In this document: piece by piece, positions 25,832 to 37,990 of the stretch
Layout: every line of letters begins with the position of its first letter
Position numbering within the stretch: the stretch's first letter is position 1
NCBI GenBank assembly: GCA_030390025.1
Contig: CM059432.1
Location: forward strand, 114,454,001-114,518,000
Reading direction: 5' to 3'
DNA from: Squalus acanthias
Taxonomy: Eukaryota
DNA length: 64,000 bases
Notes under the pieces: generated by a model
The model's input: only the letters and a program-made list of their open reading frames with translations
Databases searched by the model: none
Told to the model about the DNA's origin: nothing
Position numbers and translations under genes: made by a program

Positions 25832-26097
25832 TTTAAAAAGGCTAACACAAGAACACAAATTGACAGGATATGCAGCCAGCAGGTGGTTTGACACGTTGGA
25901 CCCCCTGGGACACATCTCATTGTCTTGGCTGTGCTCTTTGTTGTAGCGAATAATGTGAATAGATTTTGTCTGGGTTTAAATTGTGAATTCTGGGAGATTC
26001 TCTCATTGCTAACTTACCTGACGAAGGAGCGACAGCTCCGAAAGCTTGTAAAATTAAATAAATCTGTTGGACTATAACCTGGTGTTGTGCGACTTCT
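25832..26097 (+). mobile_element. Short Penelope-type terminal insert with hammerhead
   Basis: TSD CAGATTT inside the CR1 QH(G)FVKG motif; ends with CTGTTGGACTATAACCTGGTGTTGTGCGAC shared with the 28994 and 49478 copies. Confidence 0.75.
26014..26051 (+). ncRNA. Minimal type I hammerhead ribozyme motif
   Basis: TTAC-CTGACGA-A-GGAGC GACA GCTCC-GAA-AGCT-T-GTAA. Confidence 0.8.
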
Positions 26098-28540
26098 CAG
26101 ATTTGTAAAAGGCAGATCGTGTTTGACTAATCTAATTGAATTTTTTGATGAAGTAACAGGGAGGATTGATGAAGGGAATGCAATCGATGTTGTCTACATG
26201 GATTTTAGGAAGGCATTTGACAAAGTACCACATAGAAGGCTGGTTAACAAAATTGAGTCTCATGGAATAGGTGGGTCAGTGTCAGCTTGGATAAGGAATT
26301 GGCTTAAGGATAGAAAACAGCGAGTTGTGGTAAATGGCTGTTTTTCAGACTGGAGGATAGTAGACAGTGGTGTTCCCAAGAGTCAGTGCTGGGGCCACTG
26401 CTTTTTTGATATATATAAATGACCTGGATATTAGAATACAGAGTAGAATTTCTAAATTTGCCGATGACACCAAACTTGGAGGTGTGGCACACAGTGAGGA
26501 GGATACCAATCGACTGCAACAGGACATAGAAAGGCTAGCAGAATGGGCAGACAAGTGGCAGATGGAATTGAATACAGAGAAGTGTGAGGTAATGCATTTT
26601 GGCAGAAGGAACAGGGAGAGGCAATATACACTTAATGGCATAGTTTTAAAGAGTGTGCAGTGACAGAGGGACCTGGGAGTTAATGTGCATAGGTCCCTGA
26701 AGGTGGCAGGACATATTGAGTGCATGGTTAGCAAAGTATATGGGATCCTGGGCTTCATAAACAGAGGTATTCAGTACAAAGGTAGAGAAGTTATGCTGAA
26801 CCTTTATAAAGCGCTGGTTAGGCCACAACTGGAGTATTGCGTCCAGTTCTGGTCACCACACTTTAGGAAGGATGTGAAGGCCATTGAGAGGGTGCAGAGG
26901 AGATTTACCAGAATGGTTCCGGGGCTGGGGGATTTTAGCTACAAGGACAGGTTGGAGAAGCTGGATTTGTTTTCATTAGAGCAAAGGAGGTAGAGGGGTG
27001 ATTTGATAGAGGTGTACAAGATCATGACGGGTTTGGATAGGCTAGACAGGGAAAGGCTGTTCCCACTAGTTGATGGTACAAGGACTAGGGGACACAGATT
27101 TAAGGTTTTGGGCAAGCGATACAGGAGGGAGGTGAGGAAAAAAAATTTTACGCAGCGAGTGGTGAGGACCTGGAACTCGCTGTCGTTGGAAGTGGTGGAA
27201 GCAGAGACACTCAATGTTTTCAAGGGGAGACTGGATAGGCACTTAAGGGAAATAAACTTGCAGGGCTACAGGGATAGAGCGGGGGCATGGGACTGACTGG
27301 ATTTCTCTACAGAGAGCCGGCACAGACTCGATAGGCCGAATGGCCTTCTGTTGTGCCGTTATGACTCTATGACCTACGGCCCTCCCTCAGCTGATGAATC
27401 AATACTCCTCCATGTTAAACACCACTTGGAAGAAGCACTGAGAGTAGCAAGGGCACAGAATGTACTCTGGGTGGGGGACTTCAATGTCCATCACCAAGAC
27501 TGGCTCGGTAGCACCACTACTGACCGAGCTGGTCTACAAGACACAAGTTACGAGTGTGATGGAATACTGTCCATTTGCCTGGATGAGTGCAGCTCCAAAA
27601 ACGCTCAAGAAGCTCGACACCATCCAAGACAAAGCAACCTGCTTGATTGGCACCCCATCCACCACCTTAAACATTCACTCCCTCCCCCACCGGCATACCG
27701 TGGCTGCAGTGTGTACCATCTACAAGATGCACTGCAGCAACTCACCAAGCCTTCTTCAGCAGCACCTCCCAAACCCGCGACCTCTACCACCTCGAAGGAC
27801 AAGGCAGCAGGCGCATGGGAACACCACCACCTCCAAGTTCCCCTCCAAGTCACACACCATCCTGATTTGTAAGTATATCGCCGTTCCTTCATCGTCGCTG
27901 GGTCAAAATCCTGGGACTCCCTCCCTAACAGCACTGTGGGAGTTCCTTCACCACACGGACTGCAGCGGTTCAAGAAGGCGGCTCACCACCACCTTCTCAA
28001 GGGCAACTAGGGATGGGCAATAAATGCTGGCCTTGCCAGCGACGCCCACATCCCATGATTACATTTTTAAAAAAGCTATCTCCTGTGGCCGTCCCCCCCA
28101 CTTTATGAAGCGTCCCTTTAAAGATTTAATAAGAAAGTAATTTTGGCCTCATAAAATTTTGGGGAGTCCAGGCCACAGTCCCAACCTGGACCCTCATGTT
28201 GGGCCTCACAATTGCCAGTGATAGTGGGGGTAAGCCTGAGCTGACCAGGCGCACCTCTGCCAACCATATGCTGGGTGCCTCTGAAGGATGGGATGCAGGA
28301 ACTCTTTACTTAGGGAGCTCCTCCTCCCTTGGCACCTGTTACAATAACGGCCATGTTTGAGGCAGATGATGCTCAGCCCCGAACAAACCATAGAGCAATC
28401 TCCGGGGGAGGTCTGGGATCCCGTATAACTGGGTCTTGGCTTAGTTTCCGGCTGTCTCGGTTATGGTGGGAGCACATTGGAACAGCTGAAGATTTTGGGG
28501 GCCAAAGTGTTTTTGGATTGCTTCTTAGGGGGGTCACAGT

Positions 28541-28679
28541 GGGGTAGATTTTTAATTTGTTGTGTGGGCGTGAAACAAGCGTTGCGGATCAGCCTCCCAT
28601 TATCAAAACTGGTTTCCATAATGGGCAGCCGAGCCATAATGCCAGTTTCACGTCTGTGTGCAAGTTGAAAATCTACCCC
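28541..28679. mobile_element. Small Harbinger-type MITE
   Basis: TIR GGGGTAGATTTT / AAAATCTACCCC. Confidence 0.6.
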
Positions 28680-28893
28680 ACTGAGTGCTGAGCTCAATTC
28701 TAATGGTACTGGGAAGTTTCTCTGTAGATTGTAAGTGATTGGCTACTGTTCTGCTTTTTTAATATATTTCTGTGTATGAGACAGAAATTTTGTACAAGTG
28801 TGAAGGATGTGTATCAAAATGTTTCTATAGACAGAATAGCAGAATTTAGAATAACACAGACATATATTGGACAATTAATGGCTAACAGTGAAA

Positions 28894-29122
28894 GACAAAA
28901 ATGAGAAGTCACACAACACCAGGTTGTAGTCCAACAGTTTTATTTGAAATTACGAGCTTTCGGAGCGCTGCTCCTTCGTCAGGTACAGTGAGGCACTGTA
29001 CCTGACGAAGGAGCAGAGCTCCGAAAGCTCGTAATTTCAAATAAAACTGTTGGACTATAACCTGGTGTTGTGCGACTTCTCATTTTTGTCCACCCCAGTC
29101 CAACACCGGCATCTCCGCATCA
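28894..29122. mobile_element. Palindromic Penelope-type insert (inverted termini) with two hammerhead motifs
   Basis: 97-bp arms 28894-28990 and 28994-29090 with 3 mismatches and a 3-nt loop; 12-bp TSD AGTGAAAGACAA. Confidence 0.85.
28999..29033 (+). ncRNA. Minimal hammerhead ribozyme motif (mirror copy on the minus strand at 28951-28985)
   Basis: TAC-CTGACGA-A-GGAGC AGA GCTCC-GAA-AGCT-C-GTA. Confidence 0.8.
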
Positions 29123-29914
29123 AGTGAAAGACAAGACAGCAATTGAGTCGAATGCCTCTGATGCTACAAACAGGGCAAATGATCACAAGATCATGATAAT
29201 TATAGATGAGGAAGGCCATTCAGTTCATCTTGATTCATCCATCCACAGACATCCTAACGTCACCCACTGCCGCATCCAATTGTTTCTTAATTGATTGCAA
29301 GATTTTTGCCTCCACTGTTCTATCTGGAACTTTATTTCACATATTGGCCATTCTTGGTGCGAAGAAATAAATTCCTGATATCTGCCATAAAATTACCTTT
29401 CTGCAGTTTGAACCCCCTAGTTTTACTCCTGCAGCCGAAATTAAAAGGCTACGAATTTCTACACTCTGTGTGTGTTATGCAGATGTAGCAAAAAATGCTG
29501 GGCTCTGTCCAAATCTGAAAAATAACAAATCACTTGTCCTACTCATGAGAATAGAGCTTGCACTGTTTACAAACACTAGTTTAACTGCAACAGTTAATTG
29601 CTGCCTTTAATTCACTGCTACACATAACTTACTTTCATATTATATGGTAGAATGTTTAAAAATAACTTTTTAATGTCTTCTGACTTAGATCCAGTTGCTG
29701 GATGGAGCACTGCAGATGTAGCATGACATGATAGGCTGGAATGACATAGGACATGAAAGTGCCCAGCATCCAGTGACTGCTGCTGTGGCATTACCAGATT
29801 TTTTGTTTCAGTTGTGGATTACTGGGAAATGCATTGTTATTTTGCAAGTTATTGATCTCATTAAGAGTTTTCTCATATCAGATTATTACTGGACTAATAA
29901 TCAACAGAATTATG

Positions 29915-30325
29915 CTGTAGTGTAATAATGATCAATGTTACTGGACTAATAATGCAGAGAATATGCACTCAAATCGCATTATGGCAGTTTGAGAATTTGA
30001 ATTCATTTTTTTTTTAAATCTGGCAATAAAAAGCTGGTACCATGAACCTGTTGGATTGTCGTAAAGACCCAAACGGTTCACTAATGTCATTTAGGGAAGT
30101 AAAACTGTCACCCTTACCCTGTCTAGCTTTCATGTAACTCTAGACCCACACCAACAGGGTTGACCCTTAACTGTCCTCTGAAGTGGCCCAGCAAGCCACT
30201 CAGTTGTATCAAAGTGCTACCTAGCAGTTCAAGAAGGCGGCCTACCACTGCCTTCTCAGGGCAACTAGGGATGGGCAATGAATGTCAGCCTTACCAGCGA
30301 AGCCCATATCCCTAGAATGAATAAT
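29915..30325 (+). mobile_element. Older copy of the tRNA-headed SINE-like element (cf. 2623-3120)
   Basis: TGTTACTGGACTAATAAT head; AAGCCACTCAGTTGTA core; GGGCAACTAGGGATGGGCAA tail. Confidence 0.7.
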
Positions 30326-30454
30326 ATTAATATAAGATTGTCATTAATAAGAATCGAAGTGGATTGCAGTTGTGTTGCAGAATTTTATTCTGATTATTCC
30401 TTTAGAGCTACAATTATAATGTGTGCAAAAACAAAATTTGAATGCCAAATGTTT

Positions 30455-31205
30455 GGTGAACGGACCTCTACCTTGAGGAGGCTGAACACCAAATCCCTGA
30501 AACCTCCTCCTACCTCCCCCTGGACCATGATCCCATCACCAATCATCCAGCCATCGTTTCCCAGACCGTCACTGACCTCATATCTCCTCTGGATATCTTC
30601 CCCCCATGGCCTCCAACCTCATAGCCCCCCAACGCCACACAGCCTGCTTCTACCTCCTAACCAAGATCCACAAACAGGACTGCCCTGGTAGATCCATCGT
30701 TTCAGCCTGTTCTTGTCCCATGGAACTTATTTCTTCCTATCTCAAATCTATTTTTTCTTCTCTTGTCCAGTCTCTTCCCACCTACATCCGCTTCCTACAC
30801 CCTCCACCACTTTAACAGTTTCCAGTTTCCTGGCTCTATCCGTCTCCTTTTGCTGTTGCCATTTACAGCTCCTCTTGACCCATCTTTTGTTTATTTACTT
30901 GTCACATTACCATCTCCTTTTGCTTTGTACCATCATCCCTTTTGTCATTTAATCTCTTGTGCCTTCCACCCTATCACAGACCTTCTCTTTTGTTCTTTCC
31001 TCCCCTTCCCCGCCTCTGTACTTGCTTAAAACTTTTGCCAGTTCTTACGAAAGGTTGACAACCTGGCAGAGACATGATGGGCCGAATGGCCTCCATCTGT
31101 GCTGTAAATTTCTATGAATCTATGATAACCTGAAATGTTATCTTTGTTTCTCTCACCACAGATGCTGCTTGACCTGCTGAGTATTTCCAGCATTTTGTTT
31201 TTATT
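30455..31205 (+). mobile_element. Deleted Penelope (Neptune-type) fragment; its decayed hammerhead is interrupted by a CR1 3' tail (31066-31126, TSD AACCTG)
   Basis: FYLLTKIHKQDCPGRSIVSACSCP matches the 13803 element; 3' end GATGCTGCTTGACCTGCTGAG. Confidence 0.8.
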
Positions 31206-31507
31206 ATGATGAGCACATTGTGCTGTTCTAAATAAAATTGCAGCTTACATGCAAGTTTACACCCCACATTTTTGTTTTAAACATCTTTTATACATGCTGA
31301 GGAAGGTTTTCATTTTGCACTTGCCTTAGAATGATACTCCTGTTCCAGCCTGGAATCTGACGCTGCTACCTGTTTGTACTTGTTCATTTTCATTTTCATT
31401 TGGCGAGTCCTCTCTTCTACATCCATTGCACCTGTGGACAAACAGCCAAGTTAAACAGTCAACTTGCAATTGTCAGTTATCCCTCCCACCCCTCTACTCC
31501 TTTACTA

Positions 31508-32008
31508 GATTGATTCCTGGGATGAGAGGGTTGTACTAAATTGATTCCGAGGATGAGAAGGGTGTCCTATGAGGAGAGATTGAGTAGATTGGGCCTATAC
31601 TCTCTGGAGTTTAGAAGAATGAGAGGTGATCTCATTGAAACATAGAAGATTCTGAGGTGGATTGACAGGGTAGATGCTGAGAGGTTGATTCCCCTGGCTG
31701 GAGAGTCTAGAACTTGGGGACATAGTCTCAGGATAAGGGGTCGGTCATTTAAAACTGAGATGAGGAGGAATTTCTTCACTCAGAGGGTTGTGAATCTTTA
31801 GAATTCTCTACCCCAAAGGGCTGCAGAAGCTGAATTGTTGAGTATATTCAAGGCTGAGATCGATAGATTTTTGGAGTCTAAGGGAATCAAGGGATATGGA
31901 GATCAGGCGGGAAAGTGAGTTGAGGTCGAAGATCAGCCATGATCTTATTGAATGGCGGAGCAGGCTCGAGGAGCCGTATGGCCTACTCCTGCTATTAATT
32001 CTTATGTT
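31508..32008 (+). mobile_element. CR1 LINE 3' fragment
   Basis: YEERLSRLGLYSLEFRRMRGDLIE; tail GATCAGCCATGATCTTATTGAATGGCGGAGCAGGCTCG. Confidence 0.88.
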
Positions 32009-33707
32009 TACTGGTGTTGGCCGGCGTATGACAAGCAAAACTGTGGCTGAGATGGAATTGGCTTTGTGATGGACAAGACCATATCTCAAAACCAATGGGC
32101 TCAAAAAGGTTTCCTTTCAAACTAAAAGAGATTTTCACACTTTTAACATTGGATTATGAACTAGATATTAGCAGTAAAATAATCTCAACTGAACTGCTGA
32201 TATCCTAGAGAAAACATCTGACGGTAGGAACTCCAAAGGTGCCATTGTGGTGCCTGAAGTGAGGTAGGATGGAAGTGTCTGTCCATCTGGCCTCACCAGC
32301 ATCCTATCCCAAATCCCAATGCATAAGGTCATTTAATTATTAGGGACAGGTGCTGGTGCTAGCACACCGCTATTGGGCCGCCCGCCCACCCTTTCTACTC
32401 AGCAGGATTCAGAGCATCGCCTTGCCACTCCATGTGGTGGAGGCGACACAAGCTGGGGTGCCTGAAGTAAATGGAAAGGTTCTCCCTCACCTGCCTGCCT
32501 GTCTGCAAATGGCAATGGATCTCTTTTGGATCGAATGCCAATTGAAAATGTATTTATAGCCCCCGCTTACACTTGATGCAGGCATACATGCATAGATTTT
32601 TCAGAGAAGCCCAGAATCCCATCAGTCCCAACTGCCCCATTCCGCCCCCACTCCACCCCTCAAAGTGTTGTCAGGACAGAGGGGTGGCAGGCAGAAGAAG
32701 CGCATGTGACCCTGCCATTGGATTTATTTCTTTGAGCCAGAAAGACGTGGAAACCTGACAGAAATGGGTTCCACCCCAATTTCCTACTCCTCCTTCTCCA
32801 CTGCATCCAATTTCTGTCCCCAAATACCATGCAATGTCTATGCTCCCATGTCAGTGGAATACCATTTTTAGGAGTTTCTTTAAACTCAAGAGTCAAGAAC
32901 AGTGTCTACTTAAGTGTTGTATTAAAATAGGTAATCACTGATCCAAGCTGTCTCCAGGTAACCTTTGCAAACAAAACCAATAAAGGCACCATACCTTTTT
33001 TCATCACACTGCCTTGGCAACAGAAATCAACACAACTGCTAATGGCTCATTAGCTGTGTTTAATCAAAGACATTAACCTTAATGGTGAATTATGACATTT
33101 ATTATTTTAGGCTCAATACTTAAATCACAGGACATTTTGCATGATTTTATTTTGTATGTTCCATATTTTGCCTCATTCTGCAAACTGACCATATTCCATT
33201 TTGTGCTGAAAGATCCAAATGTGTCCCTTTAGGATGTGTAAAATGTATATAATCTGTACTGAGGGGCAAATTTACTTGCACAGAAAAAGAAAAAGAGATT
33301 GTAGAGATTTATAATTGGACTTAGTTACTGTTACTCCTTTAAAAAAAATAATCTTTTAGACTGGCTAGAGTGATTCCGATGCTGAGGGTCCAAGTTAGAT
33401 TCGGATCCAAAATTGCTGGTGTTGGAGAGGGCAGAAAGGGAGCTTTCTAGATGGGGGAGGAAGGAATTTGTGGCGGAACCCAGGTTTGCCAAAATTCGCC
33501 CACTTTACACTGCCGCTTTCAATTTCAGTGGGAGTGGGTCATAAGCAAATCTTCAGCGTGCCACTTCCCATGACAAGGGGGTATGTCTGGGGGAAGATCC
33601 CACACTCTCCGGGAATTCTGCCCATTACGCCCTCAGTAGGTCTCAATGCAACACTGTTGAGTCCTTTACTAGATTAAGGTAATCGATCTCTGATTTGCAA
33701 AGACAAT

Positions 33708-34412
33708 GGCCCGGATTTTGCGGTGAGTAATGACGGCGAACTGTCAGCATTCGCCATCATTAACCCTCTGAAACTGACCGCAACTTCGGGATTCAGCGCA
33801 TGCGCATCTAAACGCGGAAATCCTGAAGTAGCGGTCAGTCTTTCACTACTCCAACACAGGCTGTGCTGTGCTCCCACCCCATAGCCGGCAATCAGTGAAA
33901 TCAGTTGAACTAATGAAAACTTAAGCTTTTCCGCTGTTAAATACCCCATTAAATGTTAAGCCTTGTTGAGTAGGCATAACTGGGATTTTAACAATGTGTT
34001 GACTGCTAAACAACCGTTCTGACCCTGAAAAACTAATTTTATATTTGTGGAATGCTAAATTTCTCCATTATGATAAAAATTACAATTATTTAAAAAAATA
34101 TTTTTTATAAAGTTTGTTCATGATATCTCAGCTTCTACCTTATCCCCATGTGAAGGACCCAATTTTTATTTTGCTCTCTAACATTTTTAAAAAGTAAGGA
34201 TAAAAGCTGCTTTTTATTTCCTGGTTTACTGTCTGAGAATTCGTCAATGTGATTGGCTGCTTAGACAGCTTGATGATGTCATGGCTGCATCGCTTTAAGA
34301 ATACCCTATTCACAGCACTGCAATCAATTACACGTTGATATTTCTGTGGGCAGCTTTCTTCAAGGTCAGTGGCGAGCGCCTTTGCTTTGCCACTGACCGC
34401 AAATTACGGGCC
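33708..34412. mobile_element. Harbinger-type MITE
   Basis: TIR GGCCCGGATTTTGCGGT / ACCGCAAATTACGGGCC. Confidence 0.7.
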
Positions 34413-34415
34413 GTA

Positions 34416-34535
34416 GCCAATGAAATTCCTTGGAGCTGCTCCCGCTCCGCTGTTGTAACTTTGCCGGAAATGCGGTAAAAACCCTGGTGAAGTTACAGCA
34501 GCGGAGCCGGAGATGCTGTGAGGAAAGTCCTGGGC
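34416..34535. mobile_element. Small palindromic MITE-like element (related copy ~43071-43205)
   Basis: Internal inverted arms CTCCGCTGTTGTAACTT / AAGTTACAGCAGCGGAG. Confidence 0.45.
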
Positions 34536-34849
34536 ATTGTCTCTGCTTCACTCCTCACCCAGGACATGCCGACTCAGCACTGGAGCTGGTCAGAATTAGT
34601 CAGGCCCAAACTGGCGAACAGCATCGGGGATGTCCGTCTACCGTTTGCAGCTCGGCCCAATGTCGAATTTGGCTCAGGCCTGAGACAGCCACAAACTAGT
34701 GCGCAGAGAAATCGTTCCATAAACTTACCATCTATTTTGGCCACAAGTTCAATTATTCCCGCTAAAAGTAAGAAGGGAAGTCAGATAGAACTTTTCTTTT
34801 TAGTATGAATGGTAATAAATTTATGGAACAAGATTTGCGGAAAGTCATT

Positions 34850-35205
34850 GGCCCAGAATTCACTGCAACGGCGATATTGGTGATAAACGCCATAAGTTAG
34901 AGTATGTCATCGTAATCTCTTTCAAATGCCCTGCAAGTTCCGGATTTCGGTATGCGTGAAATCCGGAACTTGCAGCCTGTCAACGTATGCGTTGACAGGC
35001 CATCCGCGGGGGCTCCGAAAAAGCAATCGCTGGTGCAGAGTTGGGCTATTTGCCCAGTGACTGGGCAGCAATTGCCCGTGTAAGGCTTATGGTTGATGCA
35101 AGCGTAGGATCTGCTTGCATCAACATAAGATGGTATATATAGGGCTGAAATAAAACATTTGAAAATCCAACATACACTTTAAATGAGTTTATACAAATAT
35201 CGGCC
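34850..35205. mobile_element. Probable Harbinger-type MITE
   Basis: GGCCCAGAATT ... AAATATCGGCC ends; internal palindrome GCAAGTTCCGGATTTC..GAAATCCGGAACTTGC. Confidence 0.45.
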
Positions 35206-35240
35206 TGGATTTATGATGTTTAAAATTACCAAAACATTTA

Positions 35241-36124
35241 GGGGGAAAAATTCAGTTGCTTGCGCCTCCCGTTAGCGCCTTAAGAGGGCGCTAATGGGGC
35301 GCAAAGCGACTAGCGCCTAGCGCCTGGGCACGGCGATGTTTGCACCGCTTGCGAAATTAACTAGACATTTTGCAGCGGCGCTAAACACTACGGCCACGAT
35401 CTCCTGCCCCGGCAGATCATGACGTCAGTCGAGTGCGCAACGCCCCGGAGCGGATATTGAGTGGCGCCCCCTGCCTTACCGCCTGCCGCTAGCAACGACA
35501 GGTTGAGGGGAGCATTTTGCAGTCAGGAAGGGACTGGGGGAGCGCTATTTAAAGGCGACCGCTTCCTGACTTTTTTTGTTGGTGACATTTTTGAACCACG
35601 CATTCTGAGAGAGAGAGAGACTTCTGGAGAGATTCAACACTGTGTGAAGGAGTTTTGGGTACTGAGCAGCACTTTGCAGGTTCATTTTGATTTGCCCTTC
35701 CTTGTATCGATTTAGAAGAGACTGTGGGGGTTGCACTCTGAGCTCTTTCCCTGGTTCTCTCCATTGTCCTTTCCAGCAGATTTGATGTACAGGTCTCTCC
35801 AGGCCGAGATTCAAGGCTGCAATGAGCAGGATGTGGATGGAAAGCAAGATCAGCCCTCCCCTTTAAGAACTGGCTGGCGCCATTGTGTCTGTGTTCCATT
35901 GCTGACTGACATCACATGAGCTTTGCCAGCGCTCTGAGTTAGTGCCTCACTCCTCGGCCTTTGTGCCTTAAGACAGATGTGTAGCGCCTGATTTAGCGCT
36001 CCAATCACCTCCAGGGGCGATAAAGTCAAGTTTGCAGTCGGAGGCGATAATTAGCACCAGGCGCTAATCTTTGCGCCCGGCCGATAATTGCGCCCCAAAC
36101 GGGGCGATACTGAATTTTTCCCCC
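35241..36124. mobile_element. Harbinger-type MITE (GGGGGAAAAATT family)
   Basis: TIR GGGGGAAAAATTCAG / CTGAATTTTTCCCCC; TSD TTA; repeated TTAGCGCC subterminal motifs; inverted sister at 57217-58113. Confidence 0.9.
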
Positions 36125-36879
36125 TTAATTTTTATTGAGGTTGGTGCAATGAAGGGACTTATGAATAAAATTGCAATTCAGTACATTGTACAATTATTAG
36201 AATTCTGTACATTGGATAATTATTTGGGGATTCCATTGCATATCATTAGGGGATTCAGTTCATAAATGACTGCAATGGAATTCTCTTTCGTCATTGGAGG
36301 ACCGGGCCCACGGGTTCCCAGGTACGCTTCCAAACCGCCTGCGTCCCTGGGATCCGAGGGGCATTACGCTGCCCTCCGTCTCGAGGCCCGAGACCGCAAC
36401 TCCTCGCAGCCTGAGTGCCAGGAGGTACTTTCGTAAATGTTTCGCAGGATAGAGGCGTAATCCGGAGGCACGCCTCCGATCGCAATTTCTAGGTCAATGT
36501 TTTTACATTAAGGGCCCATATAAGTGGGTTAGTGTATGAGTGTTCTTTATTTTTATAATAGTACGCGAACAGAAGTCAGCAGTTAAACATGTGTTTCTCA
36601 TTATGCTCAGCATTCTGTACGTTTTGCTTTTTGCAGAATTTCATCTCGCTGAGTGTTAGCTTGGTCCGTCTATGGAGAGATTAAAGCGTTTCACATGCTT
36701 AAGACAAGGAGGGCCAGTCCAGAATACAGGAGGGTTTTATTGTTACACTCCAGGGTCCCATACCACAGAAACAAATACAGGACAGTGTTAGTCAACTTCC
36801 ATAAACAGAGCAGACGACTTAAGGGAGCAACTGACACTAATGAACACAAGTAGATTCCTGTGGTAGACCTGAATTTGTA

Positions 36880-37490
36880 ATACTGACCTTCAGACAATCT
36901 TGAATGAGATGCAGCAAAGGGGAGAGAGACTGTTGAATTCCCATGGGAGGAAATCACAAAAAAATGTCTCCACTTGTTATGTGGAGTGAGAGAGCAGTGG
37001 CACCTCTCCAATCACCAGAACTGCAGACCAGTGAAGGTAAAATGTTGAATGACCTGATGAGGGAAGACAAGGTAACATAGTGGCCTCTCTCCTTTTTCTT
37101 CCTTGGGCAACAACACACTGTCCACCCTCTAAAATTAATAGCTAGCCAACTGAACCTTCACACTGCTCTGTGGGGTCATTAACTAAGGATCTTGCAGTAT
37201 CTCCTCTAACAGAAATTACTTGCATGTAGAACCTTACACACTTCTCCTAAGCTTTATCAAGCTGATGGCAAGTAGATAGGTTACATCAGCTGTCTCATAC
37301 TACCTCTAACCAGCAGCTAATTTACCCAATCTTGTTGCAGGAAAAACTTGTGCACAATGCAAGTGAAAGACAAGGAACCAGAGAGAACATCAGAGAGTCG
37401 CTTCCCTACGAGAAGCCGGCCATGAAGCTATTGGGAAAGCACTCTGCTCTAGCAATGGGAGATGGTGAGACTGATGGAATAGTGCAATCA
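36880..37490 (+). pseudogene. Highly decayed Harbinger Myb/SANT gene remnant
   Basis: ..MLNDLMREDK|GTAAC donor and TTGCAG|EKLVHN acceptor, matching the exon 1/exon 2 junction of the 49380 and 21596 genes. Confidence 0.5.
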
Positions 37491-37594
37491 TCATAGCATT
37501 CCTGTGAAACAGCACAGTCAGAAGTTTACACATCTCCTTGACCAAACATTTTCAGTTTATTCCTTCCTTTCCTGCAGAGCCATCACAGCAATGA

Positions 37595-37990
37595 GGAGGA
37601 GCCCCCTTCCATTCCTTGAAGGGGCTGCTCCTCGATTTTTGGTTGCACTTCAGTCCCACGCTCCTGATCTTTGGTCACCCAGTGCGGGGGGTGGCGGCAG
37701 CAGGCAAGTCGAAAGACCTCCTCGTGGGACTGCTCCTGGGCCTGGCTAGGTGGCCATCAACAGGTCCAGGCAGCAGGCAGTCGAGGGGGTTGTTCGGCCT
37801 GACTGCCTGCCTCTCTTCGGCGGCTATGTTTGCACCTGGGTGACCCTGGAGATGGAGCATGTGGTGTCCACCGGCACGCTTGAGGCCTTCCGCGATCGGT
37901 GGGCACTGGAGTGCATCATCACCCCAAGGAATAGTATTTTAATTTAATTTGTTAAGTTTCCTTTAAATTTTTTGTTAAGTTAGTTTTTAT
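37595..37990 (+). mobile_element. Tx1/L1-clade LINE 3' end fragment
   Basis: FWLHFSPTLLIFGHP..LLLGLA..AINRSRQ..DCLPLF..GTLEAFRDRW resembles a Tx1-type ORF2 C-terminus. Confidence 0.65.

Larger units (their letters stand above)
24758..27371 (+). mobile_element. 5'-truncated CR1 LINE (RT and 3' tail)
   Basis: KSPGPDGLHPR, YMDFRKAFDKVPH, SKFADDTKLGG, LVRPQLEYCVQFW; (CTATGA) tail; short TSD ACCT. Confidence 0.92.
24043..28075 (+). mobile_element. Internally deleted CR1/Jockey-group LINE with tRNA-like 5' head (24043-24757 + 27372-28075)
   Basis: APE motifs LLTNIWGL, IVILTDSY, LITT|YGPPSADES, WVGDFNVHH; jumps at ~27535 to the RT C-terminus (YKTQVTSVMEY); A-rich tail. Confidence 0.85.
23841..28503. 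mobile_element. Old Harbinger-type MITE split by the LINE insertions at 24043-28075
   Basis: Imperfect TIRs GACCCTGAAAATCTGCAG / CTGAAGATTTTGGGGGCC. Confidence 0.45.
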
